Part shown: positions 40,111 to 55,873 of the stretch, piece after piece | How positions within the stretch are numbered: the stretch's first letter is position 1 | How the letters are laid out: the number at the start of each line of letters is the position of its first letter | Translations under genes and position numbers: made by a program | The notes under the pieces: model-generated | Seen by the model: only the letters and a program-made list of their open reading frames with translations | The model's database searches: none | Told to the model about the DNA's origin: nothing | Assembly: GCA_951406725.2 (NCBI GenBank) | Contig: OX597825.1 | Location: 64,666,001 to 64,730,000, forward strand | Direction: 5' to 3' | Length of the DNA stretch: 64,000 nt | Source: Octopus vulgaris | Lineage: Eukaryota

Positions 40111-41365
40111 ATACATACTTACATGCATACATATATGTGTGTGTGTGTGTATGTATATAGATAAACAGATAGATAGACAGATAGTTAGATAGATAGGTAG
40201 AGAGTGAAAGAGAGAGAGAGATTTACTAGTGTTAAAATTATTTGTGTCTAGAATCGGATATTTTTGCCGAATGTTATACAGCTAAAGGATGTGTGCGTGG
40301 TATCTGTTAGTGGATTTTGCCCAAATATCGTTTGAATGTTATGAGGTTTTCTTCATTGGTTTGTTTCGGGATGAAGTCCTGCTACCACCTGTTTACAGGA
40401 AAGTAGCGGAGATATGAAAGATAAACTACTCAGAATAATGTTTGAACCCCAATGTTTTATTAAACGTGATAAATATTTGGTTGAACGTAATTTTGATAAC
40501 CATTGAAGTGGGAAAATGTGTCCACAGCTGCCCATTTTGCCCCGTAAACGCAGATCTTTTTAAAGCGACCTGTCAGCTTTGGAGAACTTGTGATTCTTCA
40601 TAGCAGTACCCCTTTTTCATTCGGAGTTAGACACATTTGCCAAAAGGTGGTTATTTTATCTGCTCTGGAAAGAGATTTTTGATAAAATAAAAATTGTTTT
40701 TTTTTTCTTTACTATAATGCACTTCCATTTTGTAGTCCAAATATATGCCATTTCAACTGATATATATAATATACACATACATTTACAGAAAAGGGGGATA
40801 TGTAAAGAGACAGAGAAAAAATGACATTAAGGTTAGATATAATGTTAAATGGATTGATAAATTATTGTTGTAGGAGGCATTTAAGAAATAACCTTTTGTG
40901 AATCAATTAGTTTCTGTACGATGGCAGCAATTAAACTTTCATCAGCAATTTCAAAATTAGCAAATGCAAAAAATCAGAAAACGCTCACACAATTCATTAT
41001 CATTTTAATAACTCACAAGAAATAATAGCGAGATCTTCCCTCAAGCTTATTCTATTTTCCGTTTAGTCACATTTCAACATTTGATCATTTTCTGTAACTG
41101 AATTGAGAAGTGTTATGTAACACAAACACCAAGATTCTAAGTTAAATAACCTCTAAAAATAGTCAAGTAGTGGGAGGGTCAACATATTTGCCTGCACATA
41201 TGGATGACCTTAAAAAAAACCAGAAAAATGACCAAATCGTTCAATGTAGTTAGAAGGCAGCATTGTTTCAGGGTTGGTACAGAGGCAGATATGTATACAA
41301 ACTCACGTGTTTGTATGTTAAAAGTTTAACAACATACATTTGGTTACATTAATTGGTTAATGTAA

Positions 41366-41596
41366 AGGCGGCGAGCTGGCAGAAACATTAGCACGCCGGG
41401 CGAAATGATTAGCGGTATTTCGTCTGCGTTACGTTGTGAGTTCAAATTCCGCCGAGGTCGACTTTGCCTTTCATCCTTTCGGGGTCGATAAATTAAGTAC
41501 CAGTTACGCACTGGGGTCGATGTAATCGACTTAATACCTATGTCTGTCCTTGTTTGTCCCCTCTGTGTTTAGCCCCTTGTGGGTAATAAAGAAATA
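41366..41596 (+). mobile_element. Young full-length monomeric family A SINE with a 14-bp TSD
   Basis: Near-consensus copy. TSD ggttacattaattg at 41342-41355 and 41597-41610. Confidence 0.92.
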
Positions 41597-41669
41597 GGTT
41601 ACATTAATTGCTTTTGATGAAATATACTAGCAAGAGATCAAACACAACCATTTCTGTATTGGAAGAATA

Positions 41670-42100
41670 TTGGTTTTAAATTTTGGCTCAAGGACAGTGA
41701 TATGAGAGTTGGGTGTAAGTCTATTACATCGACCCCAGTACTCAACAGGTATTTATTTTATTGATTCTCAACAAATGAAGGGCAAAATAAATTGAAAACT
41801 GCAGTCTTTAGTTCAGGCACTAATGATCATCATGTTTCAGAAGTTCAGTTACAAACGTGAGAGTTATAAACTTAAATCTGGGTACGTTGGCTTCAAATTA
41901 TGGTGCAAGGCCAGCAATTTCGGAGTTGGATGTAAGTCGATAACATCGATCCCCTAGTATTCAACGGGTACTTATATTGTCGACCCTGATACGATAAAAG
42001 AAAAAGTCGACCTCGACGAAATTTGAACTCAGAACGAAAAGACCGCAAAAATACCGCTAAGCATTTTCCTGGCGTGCTAACTACTTTGCTAGCACGCCGA
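41670..42100 (-). mobile_element. Two decayed family A SINEs in antisense (~41670-41790 and ~41888-42100)
   Basis: Reverse tails ttggttttaaattttggc and ttggcttcaaattatggtgcaaggccagc; aaagtcgacctcgacgaaatttgaactcagaacg. Confidence 0.75.
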
Positions 42101-42156
42101 CTCGTATTCTGAGATTATTAACTATGTATTTACGAAGCAATGACCTATTTATTTAT

Positions 42157-42244
<88 letters not shown>

Positions 42245-42391
42245 TTACCTGTCTATATATCTACATATCTATCTAATTATCTATTTATTCATCTATCTAT
42301 TTAACTCTCAATATATTTATCTATCTGCCTATTTATCTATCATTCTATCTATCTATATATCAATCTATCTGTCTGTCTGTCTCTCTCTCTC

Positions 42392-42434
<43 letters not shown>

Positions 42435-42906
42435 ACTCAGGCAAGCACATGAATTGTTCTCCTGTGGAAGTATTGCTGCATTAAATTTTTAACCGTTCAC
42501 CCAACCGATGTCGATAATTGTCAGTTATATGCTGATATCGGGTTATTTGCCTAAACCTCTACTCTCCCATTCATATATGGCTTTCTTCACCCGTGTGTTT
42601 TTTACAAAGAGAGAAGTGTGTTTGTTGCACAGAACAATATATTACCGAAGAAAACGCAACGAAGTCTAAAAAACATTTGTGACAATAGGATATGTTTGTT
42701 ATTGAAAAGTACGAGCTACTTAAATTGAGGTCGACTTGCTAAGTTTTTGGAATATAATAGATTACAGAGAGACATATGTTGAAGGCTTTTAAGCAGGTCA
42801 TATTTTCTCAGGAAGAATAACGTAAGGTAAATAAAACTGCGTACCTATATTAGCAACGGTAGTCGTAGTTGATAAAGAAGCATATATATATACATATATA
42901 CAAATA

Positions 42907-42957
<51 letters not shown>

Positions 42958-42994
42958 ACATGAACTTATGTATATATATAAACATGAACTTGTG

Positions 42995-43026
<32 letters not shown>

Positions 43027-43184
43027 TACATTCATATATACGTGTATATATGTATGTATGTATATATATATATATATACTTTATTTTAAGCAGCAGAAAA
43101 TTCAATATATATATATATATACACACACACACATACAGAGAGACAGATGCGTTTGCAAGGGTATCTGTGTAAGAAATATGTGTT

Positions 43185-43235
<51 letters not shown>

Positions 43236-43812
43236 GCTCACACAATTATTTACATAAGCTTTTCTGTATAACCATTCAGCAACTACTGGCGAGGTTTTAA
43301 TAGACTTGTATACAGAAATAGCTGCATATGCATATATAAATATATATATATACACACACCTACAACTGTGTTTTTGAATAAAGGCAAAACAAACATTCGT
43401 AACATCTTCAAATAAATGTGTTGCCAGACTGTCTGTTAAATCACCTTTATATATGTAGATGGTATACACATATTGGATTTTATCAATAGAAATGAACTGT
43501 TCCAGATACAGTTTTCAGTAGAATTCCTTGCTAATTCACTTACATTACCTGAGTCCACATCATTATTCAAGGTGAAATATCTGAAAATCTATTCCGCCTG
43601 TTGCATAGTGACTTTCTTGGATAAAAGACACTATTCAGATAAAGAGCTTTTTAGGAAGGGCCCTTATGCTTATTAACCTCATATTTCAGAGAAAAAGAGT
43701 GTGAATGAGAAAAGAAACGTGTAAATCAAAGATAAACAAGAAGAAAGTCGGCACTTATTGAAGCTGAAGTGCTATTGATATTTTGAAGCCCACAAATCTT
43801 AATATGGTTAAA

Positions 43813-44127
<315 letters not shown>

Positions 44128-44513
44128 TTGTATGTGTGTATGTATGATGTTTTTACGCTGCTATCATGTCCAGCTATCTGGGCATAATGATTTTCAATGG
44201 ACATACGCGGAAGATGAGTTAGCGCATCACAAAATATTCTTGCGTGTATTAAAGGGATTACGTTTAAGATTCTTCTTCGACGATCATTATAGGTGGTATT
44301 ACGTGCTCTTTTACAAACATACACGCACAAATACACACGTGCATATATACATACGTATATAATTATAAATACACATTTTACACATACACAATATGTAAAT
44401 TTCTATATAGTTTTGTGCATAAGGTGGATATTATATTTCCTCTCTCTCTCTCTCTCGCTCTCTCCCTTTCGCTCTATCTCTCTTTTCTCACCTCTACCGC
44501 TCCCTCACGTTCG

Positions 44514-44593
<80 letters not shown>

Positions 44594-44643
44594 GTACACA
44601 TACATATATATAACAAACGTTATATTTCTGCTGCTTTTAAATA

Positions 44644-44711
<68 letters not shown>

Positions 44712-47589
44712 GCCCGCGCGCAAAGCAAATGGAGCACTGATTAGTGCAATCGTTACGAAGCCATACAGATGGAAGTAGTGAGAGGCATTTTACCTTAACC
44801 CTTACTACTTTGTGCTTCGCGAGAAAATGTCACCAACAATTCCAAGACGTAATATTAGATGCTTCCCGCCAAAATTTTATGCATCGTTTCATAGTCACAT
44901 AGTGCTTTCTCCGTTGAACAGCTTTTCATAATTCTCCTGAACATCGTGCTGAAACTTAAAGATAATGATATATTAATAATACTATTAGCAAAATATGTAA
45001 ATTTTACATACTGTTATTATTATTCCTAAATGTGTCTTTCCACAGTATTCGTAACAAAACACGTCGTTACGTAAAAATTCGGTGTTCCTTATTTACAATT
45101 TTTATATTATTGGCCTCTTTCATTTAATCAAATATAATCTCATATTTCCTCCGTGCTAACATATTTTACTGCAACCAAATCTCATACTTCTGCTCATTTT
45201 TATTTTACTTTGCCTACTCTTATTGGCTTATATTTTGTTTCGAGTGGTGTAACCCTTCTATTTTTTCATATCTCGTTAGTGTGATAAAAGCATGTTGCTG
45301 ACTACTAAATGTGGATATATATAATTGAAAGTGAAAAAGATAGAGTCAGCAAAATGGAGTACATTTTGACATTTATTTTTCAATTACTACAAACGTTCCC
45401 ATACAACATGGTTCTTCATATATACAGGTATTTGATTACGCAATCGTTTACCTGTTTCATGAGATCCAGTTGTATTTCATTAGATGATATTCAATTGCTG
45501 TCTTCGTTAGTTAAAACACCTTCGACTACGATGCTTACATATTCATCTGCCTTATTTCAATTTAGTAGACGCTAACAGATTCATTCCGCTTATTGTTATC
45601 ATGCTTCTGCGTTCCTGCTATGAGTAGTATTGGGTGTTTTGGATGTTTATTTCGGTACTATCCGATTTTTGATTTGTTCCTCATGCTAGGTTACACATGA
45701 GAAATCTTATTATCCGACCTCCAGTGTTCGGTGATCCAGAGACACACAAATCCTCCCCCACATATAGTGATGTGTACATGCCCATATACACACACAAATA
45801 CACTCACGGATACCGCTATACATATACAGTTACTTACATACATATATATACATGCATATATATCTATCTATATATATGAGATTATGAAAGGAAGCGAGAG
45901 GTTTGGTGAGGCAAATAGGAAAATAGACCTCAATACATGCGTATATGTAAGTTTTATTTTAATAATTGTAAAAACTCAGAGTGACTCAAGTGCCGCAGTT
46001 TCGTTCCAATGTGTGGAACCTTTGGCCTTGACTCATTCAGTAACTTAGATTATTAACAAAGATCGCTTGTGTATGTGAGAGTGTGTGCATGTGTATATAT
46101 ACACACACATTCATAGATACTGACGTGTGTGTGCATGTGCGTGCGATTATGTGTGGAAGTATTTATGTGTATTCATTTGATTATTGCGTTTAGAATTTGG
46201 TAACACATTATTTTGAATAAAACTGAAAGATGATATATATACGTTCATTCCTTCAAGCATATAGTAATAAAGAGTCTAAACAACGGAACCACACAGAGTT
46301 TGTAGGATTTAATGGTGTTGCATGTCACACTTCAGTTTATATTCCACTTACTTAATGTATTGTTCGTATATATACACACTACATAGTAAGTATTTCCTGC
46401 TGTCCTTGAGCAAGTTAGTAATCTATATCTGAGTGTTATGTATACATATCTTGAATATATACCATACTAGTTAGTCAAGGAATTTGATCTGATATGCCAA
46501 TATATTTTCTCTTGATCACAGGACCGTTGCTAAGCATCTGTTTCTCGCTAACTCTAACTACTTAAGTATATATATTAAGTAATATATACTTATATATATA
46601 TATATATATAAATTAATATATACTTAACACGCTGCCTAGTTCAAATTCCAGCACTACAGAGCCATGTAGAAATAGCCACAAAATTTCCCTCAAATCACAC
46701 CGCAGAATCATAAGAAAGAATACATTGTATAATATACCTGTTGGTTCTCTCTTTATAGAAGAAAGACATGAGGTTGGATCGACGCTCAGTTGGGGTTAAT
46801 CAACAATATAAACATTACCCCGAAGCATCGAGGGTTAAGCCAAGTGATATACAATGTGGTTACACCAACTGCTATAAATAGTAGCCAAATCTCCTTCAAA
46901 TCTAAGCTAATCGTTTCAGTAGGAAAGACACATTTAAAAAATGATGTATTGTTCAAGAACAGTTTGGCGATTGAGGTAAAGCTTTTAATCGAAATTCTGC
47001 CCTTTCTGGATTGTCTTAGGGTTAAACATCAACAACAACACCAGCGACAACTTCGGTATCATCTTGGAATAAAAAGCCACGTCTTCAAATTGCAATATTT
47101 TAGCTTAAAATATAAATTGGATTATGTACTACGTAATCCTCAAAATGGCTTCATTGCCATATGTAGTATTCTTTTCATGTGAAACTGCCACAAAAACAAT
47201 AATTGTATCTACACAAACATCACCACTGCCAAATGATTCTTGTTTTTGCTGTAGTTGAATTCATAATTTTCCTAGAATTCGGACAAATTCTTCGTCCTCG
47301 CCCTAAGAGAATTTATCCTGCATGTGTAAAAGTCAGGCTTCAAACGATAGTTTTTATTATCAATATGCCAAATCTGATTGATGTTGAGGATATGAGTAGT
47401 ATCGTGCCCTTTCTCAGGAATAACGTAGAAAAGCTATAAATTGTATCCTACAAACACACAGTACTTCTCTTGAACCAGTGAGACAGCCGCTTCCAGATTG
47501 TTAGAAATAGACACCAAATCTCTCTCATATCATTTTTATCGCCTTGCAAAGTAAAAAAAAAAAATTCTGTTACTCTTTACTCTACTTTA

Positions 47590-47976
47590 CTCTTTTACTT
47601 GTTTCAGTCATTTGACTGTGGCCATGCTGGAGCACCGAGTTTAGACGAGCAAGTCGACCCCAGGACTTATTCTTTGTAAGCCTAGTACATATTCTTTCAG
47701 TCTCTTTTGCCGAACCGCTAAATTACGGGGAGGTAAACACACCACCAGCGGTTGTCAAGCGATGTTGGGGGACAAACACAAACATAAACGCATACATTCA
47801 TATACATATATACGGCGGGATTCTTTCAGTTTCCGTCTACCAAATCCACTCATAAGACTTTGGTCGACCCGAGACTATAGGAGAAGACACTTGCCCAAGG
47901 TGCCATGCAGTGGGAATGAACCCGGAGCGATCTGGATGGTAAGCAAGCTACTTACCATACAGCCACCCCTGCGCCT
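47590..47976 (-). mobile_element. Full-length family B SINE
   Basis: ttttacttgtttcagtcatttgactgtggccatgctgg ... cacttgcccaaggtgccatgcagtggga ... cttaccatacagccacccctgcgcc; (tactc)-type tail repeats. Confidence 0.9.
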
Positions 47977-48895
47977 ATTGCATAATATATTCTGAAAAAA
48001 TCGATGGGACGATCATGGATCGAATGTCGTTAATCGTAGCTGTAATCATTTAGAGCTTACATGGGTCTAAATACTAACAACTACTACGTACATTAAAATA
48101 CACCACAAAATATCAGCTGCAGATATTTTGAATATAAATTGTCTTCTAGCGTTGTCATACACAGTATCCATAACCTGAATTATTCGAGTTTATGGCGGTT
48201 GTGTGTGACAAAGCAACTTAGATGTTTCAATATCATTCACATTACTTGGCAATGTTGACCATCAATAAAGAAAGAAAATATAGTGCCAGTTACTGAGATA
48301 TTTTCCACAAGTACATTTTACCTACGGCTCGCGGCTAAGATCTAAAGAGCTATAATTATACATAATACATGTTAACAACCAACTGGACATAGCTGTGAAG
48401 TTCTAATTAGCTTAGAAATGGAAAAAAGGGACTGATACAGTGGATAAATCGTATTGTCGTTGCGACCAATCTGCAATTAGTAAAAGCAACATATAAATAT
48501 ACGCATGTATGAATGAGTGTGTATGTGTGTGTATATATATATATGTTTCCTTGTGTGTTTATATATGCGTATGTGTTTGGATGTAAGCGTTACATTATCA
48601 GGTATTGCTGATGGAAGTAGTCTATATTTAGTAAAGTGAATCTTAATGATAGTTTTGAGTGGACTAGTATTTCAAATTTCACTTTAATGAATGGCTGCTG
48701 GCTGGACATGACATCTTGGCGTAACATGAACCTAGTGAACTGAAGATTATATCTCTATGCCTCTCTCTCTCTCTCTCCGTCTCACAACATCTGTCTCCAT
48801 CTCTCACTGCATATATATATCTATATATACATATATAAATGTATGTATATGTGTGTGTGTAGATACATAGACACATGCGTATACCTATATAAATA

Positions 48896-48984
<89 letters not shown>

Positions 48985-49698
48985 GTATGTATATGTGTGT
49001 GTGTAGATACAAAGACACATGCGCATACCTATATATATATATATAATTAGGGAGACATACATACATAGACAGTTAAAGACAAGGAGAGAATAAGAGAGAG
49101 AAACAGGAGAGAAAGATACCTATCTCGCCAAATATTTCTTCAGCGCTGACAAGCCTTATATATACTGGAGTAATGAAAGTTAGTCGGATGTATTCATATA
49201 TGCGTGATTAGTCCTATTCAATTTGGTGGCTTTGGAAGCTTCGGTATGAAAGTAATTTTTTTCTCAATATCCTTTATGCAATAAATGAAATGGAATAATC
49301 ACCACAGGAAACGTATAAAAGGTTCCACAAGAGCAGTTTTGTGTAAAATTTAACTGTACGTTAGTCGCTAATTCCTGAATAAACCGATCACGTCTGATCG
49401 AGTTCATTTCTATCTTGGTGCTTAATACTGGTTGAAGAGTAGATATTTTTCTAGGTGAAATGGGAAATAAAGACTTTTAAGTATATTGGCTTCAGTAGTT
49501 GAGTGGTGCTTGTTCTAAAATTTCTGCATAGTGGAATTACTAGCGAAACTCGGTGAGATTTGAACCCAGGGCCTAAGAGAATTCAAGTCAATACCATAAC
49601 GCCTCTTATCCATTAACCTAGTAAGTATATGACCCACATTTATGTCAGAACGCTTAAGAAAAATCGCGCTTGTAAAGAAACATATTATTATTATTAAA

Positions 49699-49785
<87 letters not shown>

Positions 49786-50224
49786 CATTATTATTATTAT
49801 TATCATTATTATTATTATTATTACATTAGGGAGGGTTGATGCTGTGTTGTGCACACATCCCAATTGTTAGCTTTCCTTCAATAATGGAGATGTGCAAGAT
49901 GATTGACCAGATAAGAGAATTTTTTTTTTCTTATTTAAACAAAACATGTTTCACTCGGTACAGCTGCGAAATTTTAATTGGCCTCAGTCTCGGTTTCCGA
50001 TCATAAAGAGATCTCTATATATATTAAGGTTTTCGTCAATCGTATGAACTACTGTATTCATTTCTATATGTTCCTTTATCTTATGAAAATAGAATAGCTA
50101 AGTTACATTGTAGATATAATGTACAGCAGAGTCGATATAAGGTTTTACACTTGTAAACGTAAATGCAGGTGTGTCCACTTACACATGTACACACGTACCT
50201 TTCCCTACACACACTCTCTCTCTT

Positions 50225-50287
<63 letters not shown>

Positions 50288-50624
50288 CTCTCTCTCTCTA
50301 GCACACACACACAGAGATATGCATAGAGCACTTTTATTGAATACTTTCCTTGCTAAGACTACGAGAATAAAATGCTCTAATGATTTGAACATTATAATCA
50401 GAAATATCTGTACAAGAAAGAATTACTGTACAAACAAAAGGAGCTGTAATATGATAGAAGCATTTATGACTTCTTATTTCTTAGCCTTTAGTACTGTGCA
50501 TAATATCGAGTTGGCTTGGTTAGAAATTGGAACTAAAACTATATCAAGGACTCAATTGAAGAGAACTTATTTTTATCTCGGAATTGTTTCATTATATGTG
50601 AGCAATAACGCAAACACACACATA

Positions 50625-51010
50625 GGCGTAGGAGTGGCTGTGTGGTAAGTAGCTTGCTTACGAACCACATGGTTCCGGGTTCAGTCCCACTGCGTGGCAC
50701 CTTGGGCAAGTGTCTTCTGCTATAGCCTCGGGCCGACCAAATCCTTGAGTGGATTTGGTAGACGGAAACTGAAAGTAGCCCGTCGTATATATGTCTATAT
50801 ATATGTGTATCTTTGCGTGTTGTGTTTATCCCCCTCCCCCAACATCGCTTGACAACCGATGCTGGTGTGTTTACGTCCCCGTAACTTAGCGGTTCGGCAA
50901 AAGAGACTGACAGAATAAGTACTAGGCTTACAAAGAATAAGTCTTGGGGTCGATTTCCTCGACTAAAGGCGGTAATCCAGCATGGCCACAGTCAAATGAC
51001 TGACACGAGT
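50625..51010 (+). mobile_element. Full-length family B (CORE-like) SINE
   Basis: ggcgtaggagtggctgtgtggtaagtagc (box A), ggttcagtccc (box B), CORE-like ggcaccttgggcaagtgtcttct, conserved 3' part. Confidence 0.92.
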
Positions 51011-51024
51011 AGATGAAGATGCAA

Positions 51025-51428
51025 ACATACATACATACATACATACATACATACATACATACATACATACATACATACATACATACATACATACATACAT
51101 ACATACATACATACATACATACATACATACATACATACATACATACATACATACATACATACATACATACATACATACATACATACATACATACATACAT
51201 ACATACATACATACATACATACATACATACATACATACATACATACATACATACATACATACATACATACATACATACATACATACATACATACATACAT
51301 ACATACATACATACATACATACATACATACATACATACATACATACATACATACATACATACATACATACATACATACATACATACATACATACATACAT
51401 ACATACATACATACATACATACATACAT
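51025..51428. repeat. Perfect (ACAT)~101 microsatellite
   Basis: 404 bp of uninterrupted ACAT just after the SINE 3' end. Confidence 0.97.
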
Positions 51429-51702
51429 AGAGGCAAACATACAGACACAGAGGAAAAGATGCACACACATATTCATACATAGTGAAAGGAAAGCAGAAAA
51501 GCAAAGAGGGAAATAGATTATAATAAGAATAAAAAGGTGCGAAAAGTTGTTCGGAGGTAGTGAGAAAGCACTTAAAGGTTATAAGTTCGTATTTCAATGC
51601 GTACTTTGAGATATATATATGCTTCAGTTTACCTAAATTTACCCCTTCATTATGTTACTATTTTTCTTTCTGATTTTAGTGTTCTTTACTTTCCTTGTTA
51701 TT

Positions 51703-51745
<43 letters not shown>

Positions 51746-53740
51746 GTTTATGTGTGCGTGTGTATTCGTTTCTTTTAATCGCTTTCTATTTGTTTTGGTA
51801 TGTTTTATCATTAGCAAGTTTCTCTGCGGGGCTTGATACAAATCTGAAAGGAAACACAAAAAGAAATGCTTCTCTCGCTTCTTCACTCATTATTTTAAGA
51901 GGATTGTATGAAAATAGATAAATTTTCCGTCAGTACAAATTGCTTGGAACGTGAAGTGAAAGATTCTGGCAAACTGTCAAACTCAGTAATAACGCCAACA
52001 AACTTTGAACTGATGTTTACTGGATGAGAACAACATTGGAAAGTTCCTTACATATTTATTGCAAATTATTTCGAAATATCTATGCAAAACAGGTGTAAGT
52101 GTTCTCATTCTTGAAAAAGAAAAAAAAGAAAAATAGTAATGTCATAATCAAGAATAACAACTATGGCAAGTAATGTACTTAAGGCCAGCTTAACTTTAAA
52201 TCATCAGAAAATATCTTATTAATTGGTTGTCTGAAGCGTCGACATTGTCAACATATTAAAGCAAATGTTTAACAATATATTATTCCAATAACATTTGAGG
52301 AACGAACAACAAGACACGATGCAGTAATTGCTTTCACGTGTTTCCTTCACTGTAATGCAGTTCTTGAGTCTCCTTTTATTGCGGAAGTAAGATAAGTATC
52401 CCCTTGGATGGAAGGGTAGTCTATTCGGTCTATTGCAAACAGATGTTATTATAAACGTTTTACTTTGAAAAAAAGATATAAAATTATGTACCAGAAGCTA
52501 AAGATATATGCATTTAAGAGAAAGAAATTAGGAAATAATTATTTTTAACTGTCTACGTTAGACATTTTAATTAGAAACACTGAAATTTTTGTGAAAAAAT
52601 CGGATTTGTTTTTCTTCAAATAATAGGCTAAAATGAAAAGTCAAGCCAAATTCGTGTTATTTTGAGTCTCGTTTAGCTAATTATACATACATAGATATAT
52701 GCATAACTACATCTACATAAATATAATTATATATATATATATATACATCTTTGAATATGTGTGTATGACTATAGGTACCCGTTTACACAAGTGATCACTC
52801 ACTCATATGCACACGCACGTATACATACTTAAATGAATCATAAGCTCAATAATTTGACATATTTATTTATAAGTATTTGTACAGTTTACATAGTTAACAC
52901 CTTTTATATTTCCTGAATATTTTCCCAAATCTTCTCCATTCATGTACATTGTTGGTGAGTCTCTCAAGACAGTTTATAACATGAAATATGAAATTTATGA
53001 TTCAAAATGTTACATCACGTAAATTAAACTGTGACAGCAATTAGGCTTTACTTATATATATTCGATGCATCTTTTCCATTATTTCCTAACTTCGCATTTG
53101 TAATCCACAAACTATTATGCAGTAATGATTATATCCCTCATAATAAATGTCCGGTATAGGGCAAAGCGTGTTTATAAAATTGTGGTTGTGAATTCAAGCG
53201 ATCTAATTGAAATGTTGACGAATGTCAAACATCATATTTCAGAAGAGTTACTAATTACATTAAATAACGAGTTACTTCTATGAAACAGCTGCTTCAAAAC
53301 ACTATCTACCCCTCAAATAATATATCAAACAAAATTTGTGAGTGTCATTTGTACACAAAGCTAAAATATTAGCTGTGATATGATGCCTTCACTTGGTTGG
53401 ACACTCTGGACGCGGTTATTGTGTATGGCGACAGATCTTCCTCTTCCTTACTTATTATTTTCCATGTAGACAACGTCTCCGTTCAAAAAAAAACATAAGG
53501 AGTACATTTGAAGTTATATCATGCTGAGGATTTCTAAATAGACTGAAATAGTGCTATACATAATTAATTACAAGAAGTTTTTGGAACTACCTAATAAATA
53601 AGGTGGGGGGTTAAGAATGTTCTATGTATCTTATTTCATAATTTCATATATAATTTAAGATCAAGAAGTGAAATAACAAGACAATGAATATTTCCCTGGC
53701 AATAAGTTTCCACTAGGGGAAAACACGTGTGTATACATAT

Positions 53741-54260
53741 AGGCGCAAGCGTAGCTGTGTGGTTAGAAGCTTGCTTCCCAACCAAATGCTTCCGGGTTCA
53801 GTCCCACTGCATGGCACCTTGTGCAAGTGTCTTCTACTATAGCCTTGGGCCGACCAAAGCTTAGTGAGTGGATTTGCTAGACGGAAACGGAAAGAAGCCT
53901 GTCGAATATGTGTGTATATATATGTATATATATATATATATATGTATTTATATATGTATGTATGTATATATGTATGTGTGTATGTGTGTATGTGTGTATG
54001 TATGTATGTATGTATGTATGCATGTATGTGTGTATGTATGTATGTATGTATTTGTATGTCTGTGTTTGTCCCCCACACCATCGCTTGACAACCGATGTTG
54101 GCGCGTTTACGTACCCATAACTTAGTGGTTCGGCAAAACAGACCGATAGAAGAAGTACCAGGCTTACAAAGAATAAGTCATGGGGTCGATTTGTTCGACC
54201 AAAGAAGGTGTCGCAGCAAGGCCGTAGTCAAATGACTAAAACAAGTGAAAGAATAAAAGA
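53741..54260 (+). mobile_element. Full-length family B SINE with an expanded internal (TA)/(TATG)n
   Basis: Head aggcgcaagcgtagctgtgtggttagaagc; ~150-bp internal microsatellite; conserved 3' part. Confidence 0.9.
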
Positions 54261-54262
54261 AT

Positions 54263-54293
<31 letters not shown>

Positions 54294-54765
54294 GTGGGTG
54301 TTTGGGAGCCTTTTTCTTCAAATGTCCTATAATTCTTCCACTCAAACGCACATACATTGAGATAACGTTCAGAAATAAAGGTCTTAATGGTAATTAATAG
54401 TCTTGATATAATTTGGTCAAAGTATAAGACAACTCCCCGAATGACCATTTAAATTTGGACTAAGTACATATTAGGTATATAAATCATATACGACTTTTTA
54501 CTCAGACGAATTGAGTTTGTGCTTCTTATATTGTTGGAGAGGTAGAAGAACTTCCTATTGCTTCATATATAAAGACAGACATGTCCTGATAATGATGTTG
54601 TATGGAGTCTATGACAACTCCATTTTAAGTAGGAAAGTGAAAAAAGAAATCAAATAATTGAAAAAAAAAAGATAAACAATAAACCAGAATATGAAATCAA
54701 GCATTGTACGTTTTCAGTTACTGTCCATCTGGAATTCAATTTAGAATGATCAAATTAAAAGTAGA

Positions 54766-54820
<55 letters not shown>

Positions 54821-55369
54821 GCAATGGAAATAATAACAGTTATAATAATAACAATGGTCATAATAATTGTAATAATACAGCAAATATTACACTAGACTTA
54901 GTAATGGTGGTATTGGTGGTAGTGGCGGTGGTGGTGGTATTAGTAATAGTAGTAGTAGTAGTAGTAAATACGAATGACTATTTTGTAGGTAACTAAAACG
55001 TGAGAAAATGCTGTTTCCAATACGTGATGAAACATTCAATTAGAACAACCAATGTTATCTTAGTTTTTTTTTTCTTTTTTTTTTTTGTCATCTTCCTCAC
55101 GAAATATACAATTGGACAGAAAGAAGCGGTGAAAATTCTGTCTTACTCAGCCATATACAAGAACAGCCAGACACTAAAATTTTCTCTCCTCTCCATCGAG
55201 CCATTCTTCCATTCATCCCGAAAGATTTATGTGTTCATTTGTAAAAGCATAATACCATATTTAGAAATGCATTCATATATGAATATATTATATTTGTATT
55301 CATGTTCGTTTCGTGTTTAAACTTAGAGTATGTAACAATAATATATAGGTAAACAGATAAGAAAATATA

Positions 55370-55579
55370 CTCTTACTCTTTACTCTTTTACTTGTTTCAG
55401 TCATCCGACTGCGGCCATGCTGAGCACGCCTTTAGTCGAGCAAATCAACCCCGGGACTTATTCTTTGTAAGCCCAGTACTTATTCTATCGGTCTCTTTTG
55501 CCGAACCGCTAAGTGACGGGGACGTAAACACGCCAGCATCGGTTGTCAAGCAATGCTAGGGGGACAGACACACACACAC

Positions 55580-55622
<43 letters not shown>

Positions 55623-55680
55623 TACGACAGGCTTCTTTCAGTTTCCGTCTACCAAATCCACTCACAAGGCATTGGTCGGG
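55370..55680 (-). mobile_element. Family B SINE lacking its head, cut at a local duplication
   Basis: The 3' part and microsatellite are present; SINE similarity stops at ...cattggtcgg(g), exactly where duplicate copy 1 begins. Confidence 0.85.
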
Positions 55681-55810
55681 CATACATTTATGCTTACATA
55701 TATATTTATATATATGTTTTTATTCATAGCCTGAAAGGGACAGGGCTTTGTCAGAAGCATGCAATGCCTTTATAACTATATCTATATATCTATGTATATC
55801 TATCTATCTA

Positions 55811-55873
<63 letters not shown>

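Noticed and set aside
43549-43580. Possible micro-exon (RYFTLNNDVDSG) in phase with the 30243 acceptor
   Set aside because: Weak polypyrimidine tract and no homology recognised; compatible with chance.
43600-43612. ttgcatagt (miR-153-like start) and tatcacagc on minus at ~53372-53380 (miR-2-like seed)
   Set aside because: Only the seed matches; the rest of the mature sequence and the hairpin are absent.
46561-46628. Short AT-only palindromes
   Set aside because: Expected from (TA)n self-complementarity.
46790-47439. ORFs of 130 and 78 aa in non-microsatellite sequence
   Set aside because: No motif, no plausible exon structure, and partly decayed repeat sequence.
50625-50700. tRNA-like sequences with A and B boxes (also ~5650-5720, 41366, 56867, 60698)
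   Set aside because: They are SINE heads continuing into SINE bodies, not standalone tRNA genes.
50928-51597. Longest ORFs (167-201 aa, MYVC/IHTY repeats) and all YI/CV/LS/N-run ORFs
   Set aside because: They are translations of stop-free microsatellites, with no coding signal.
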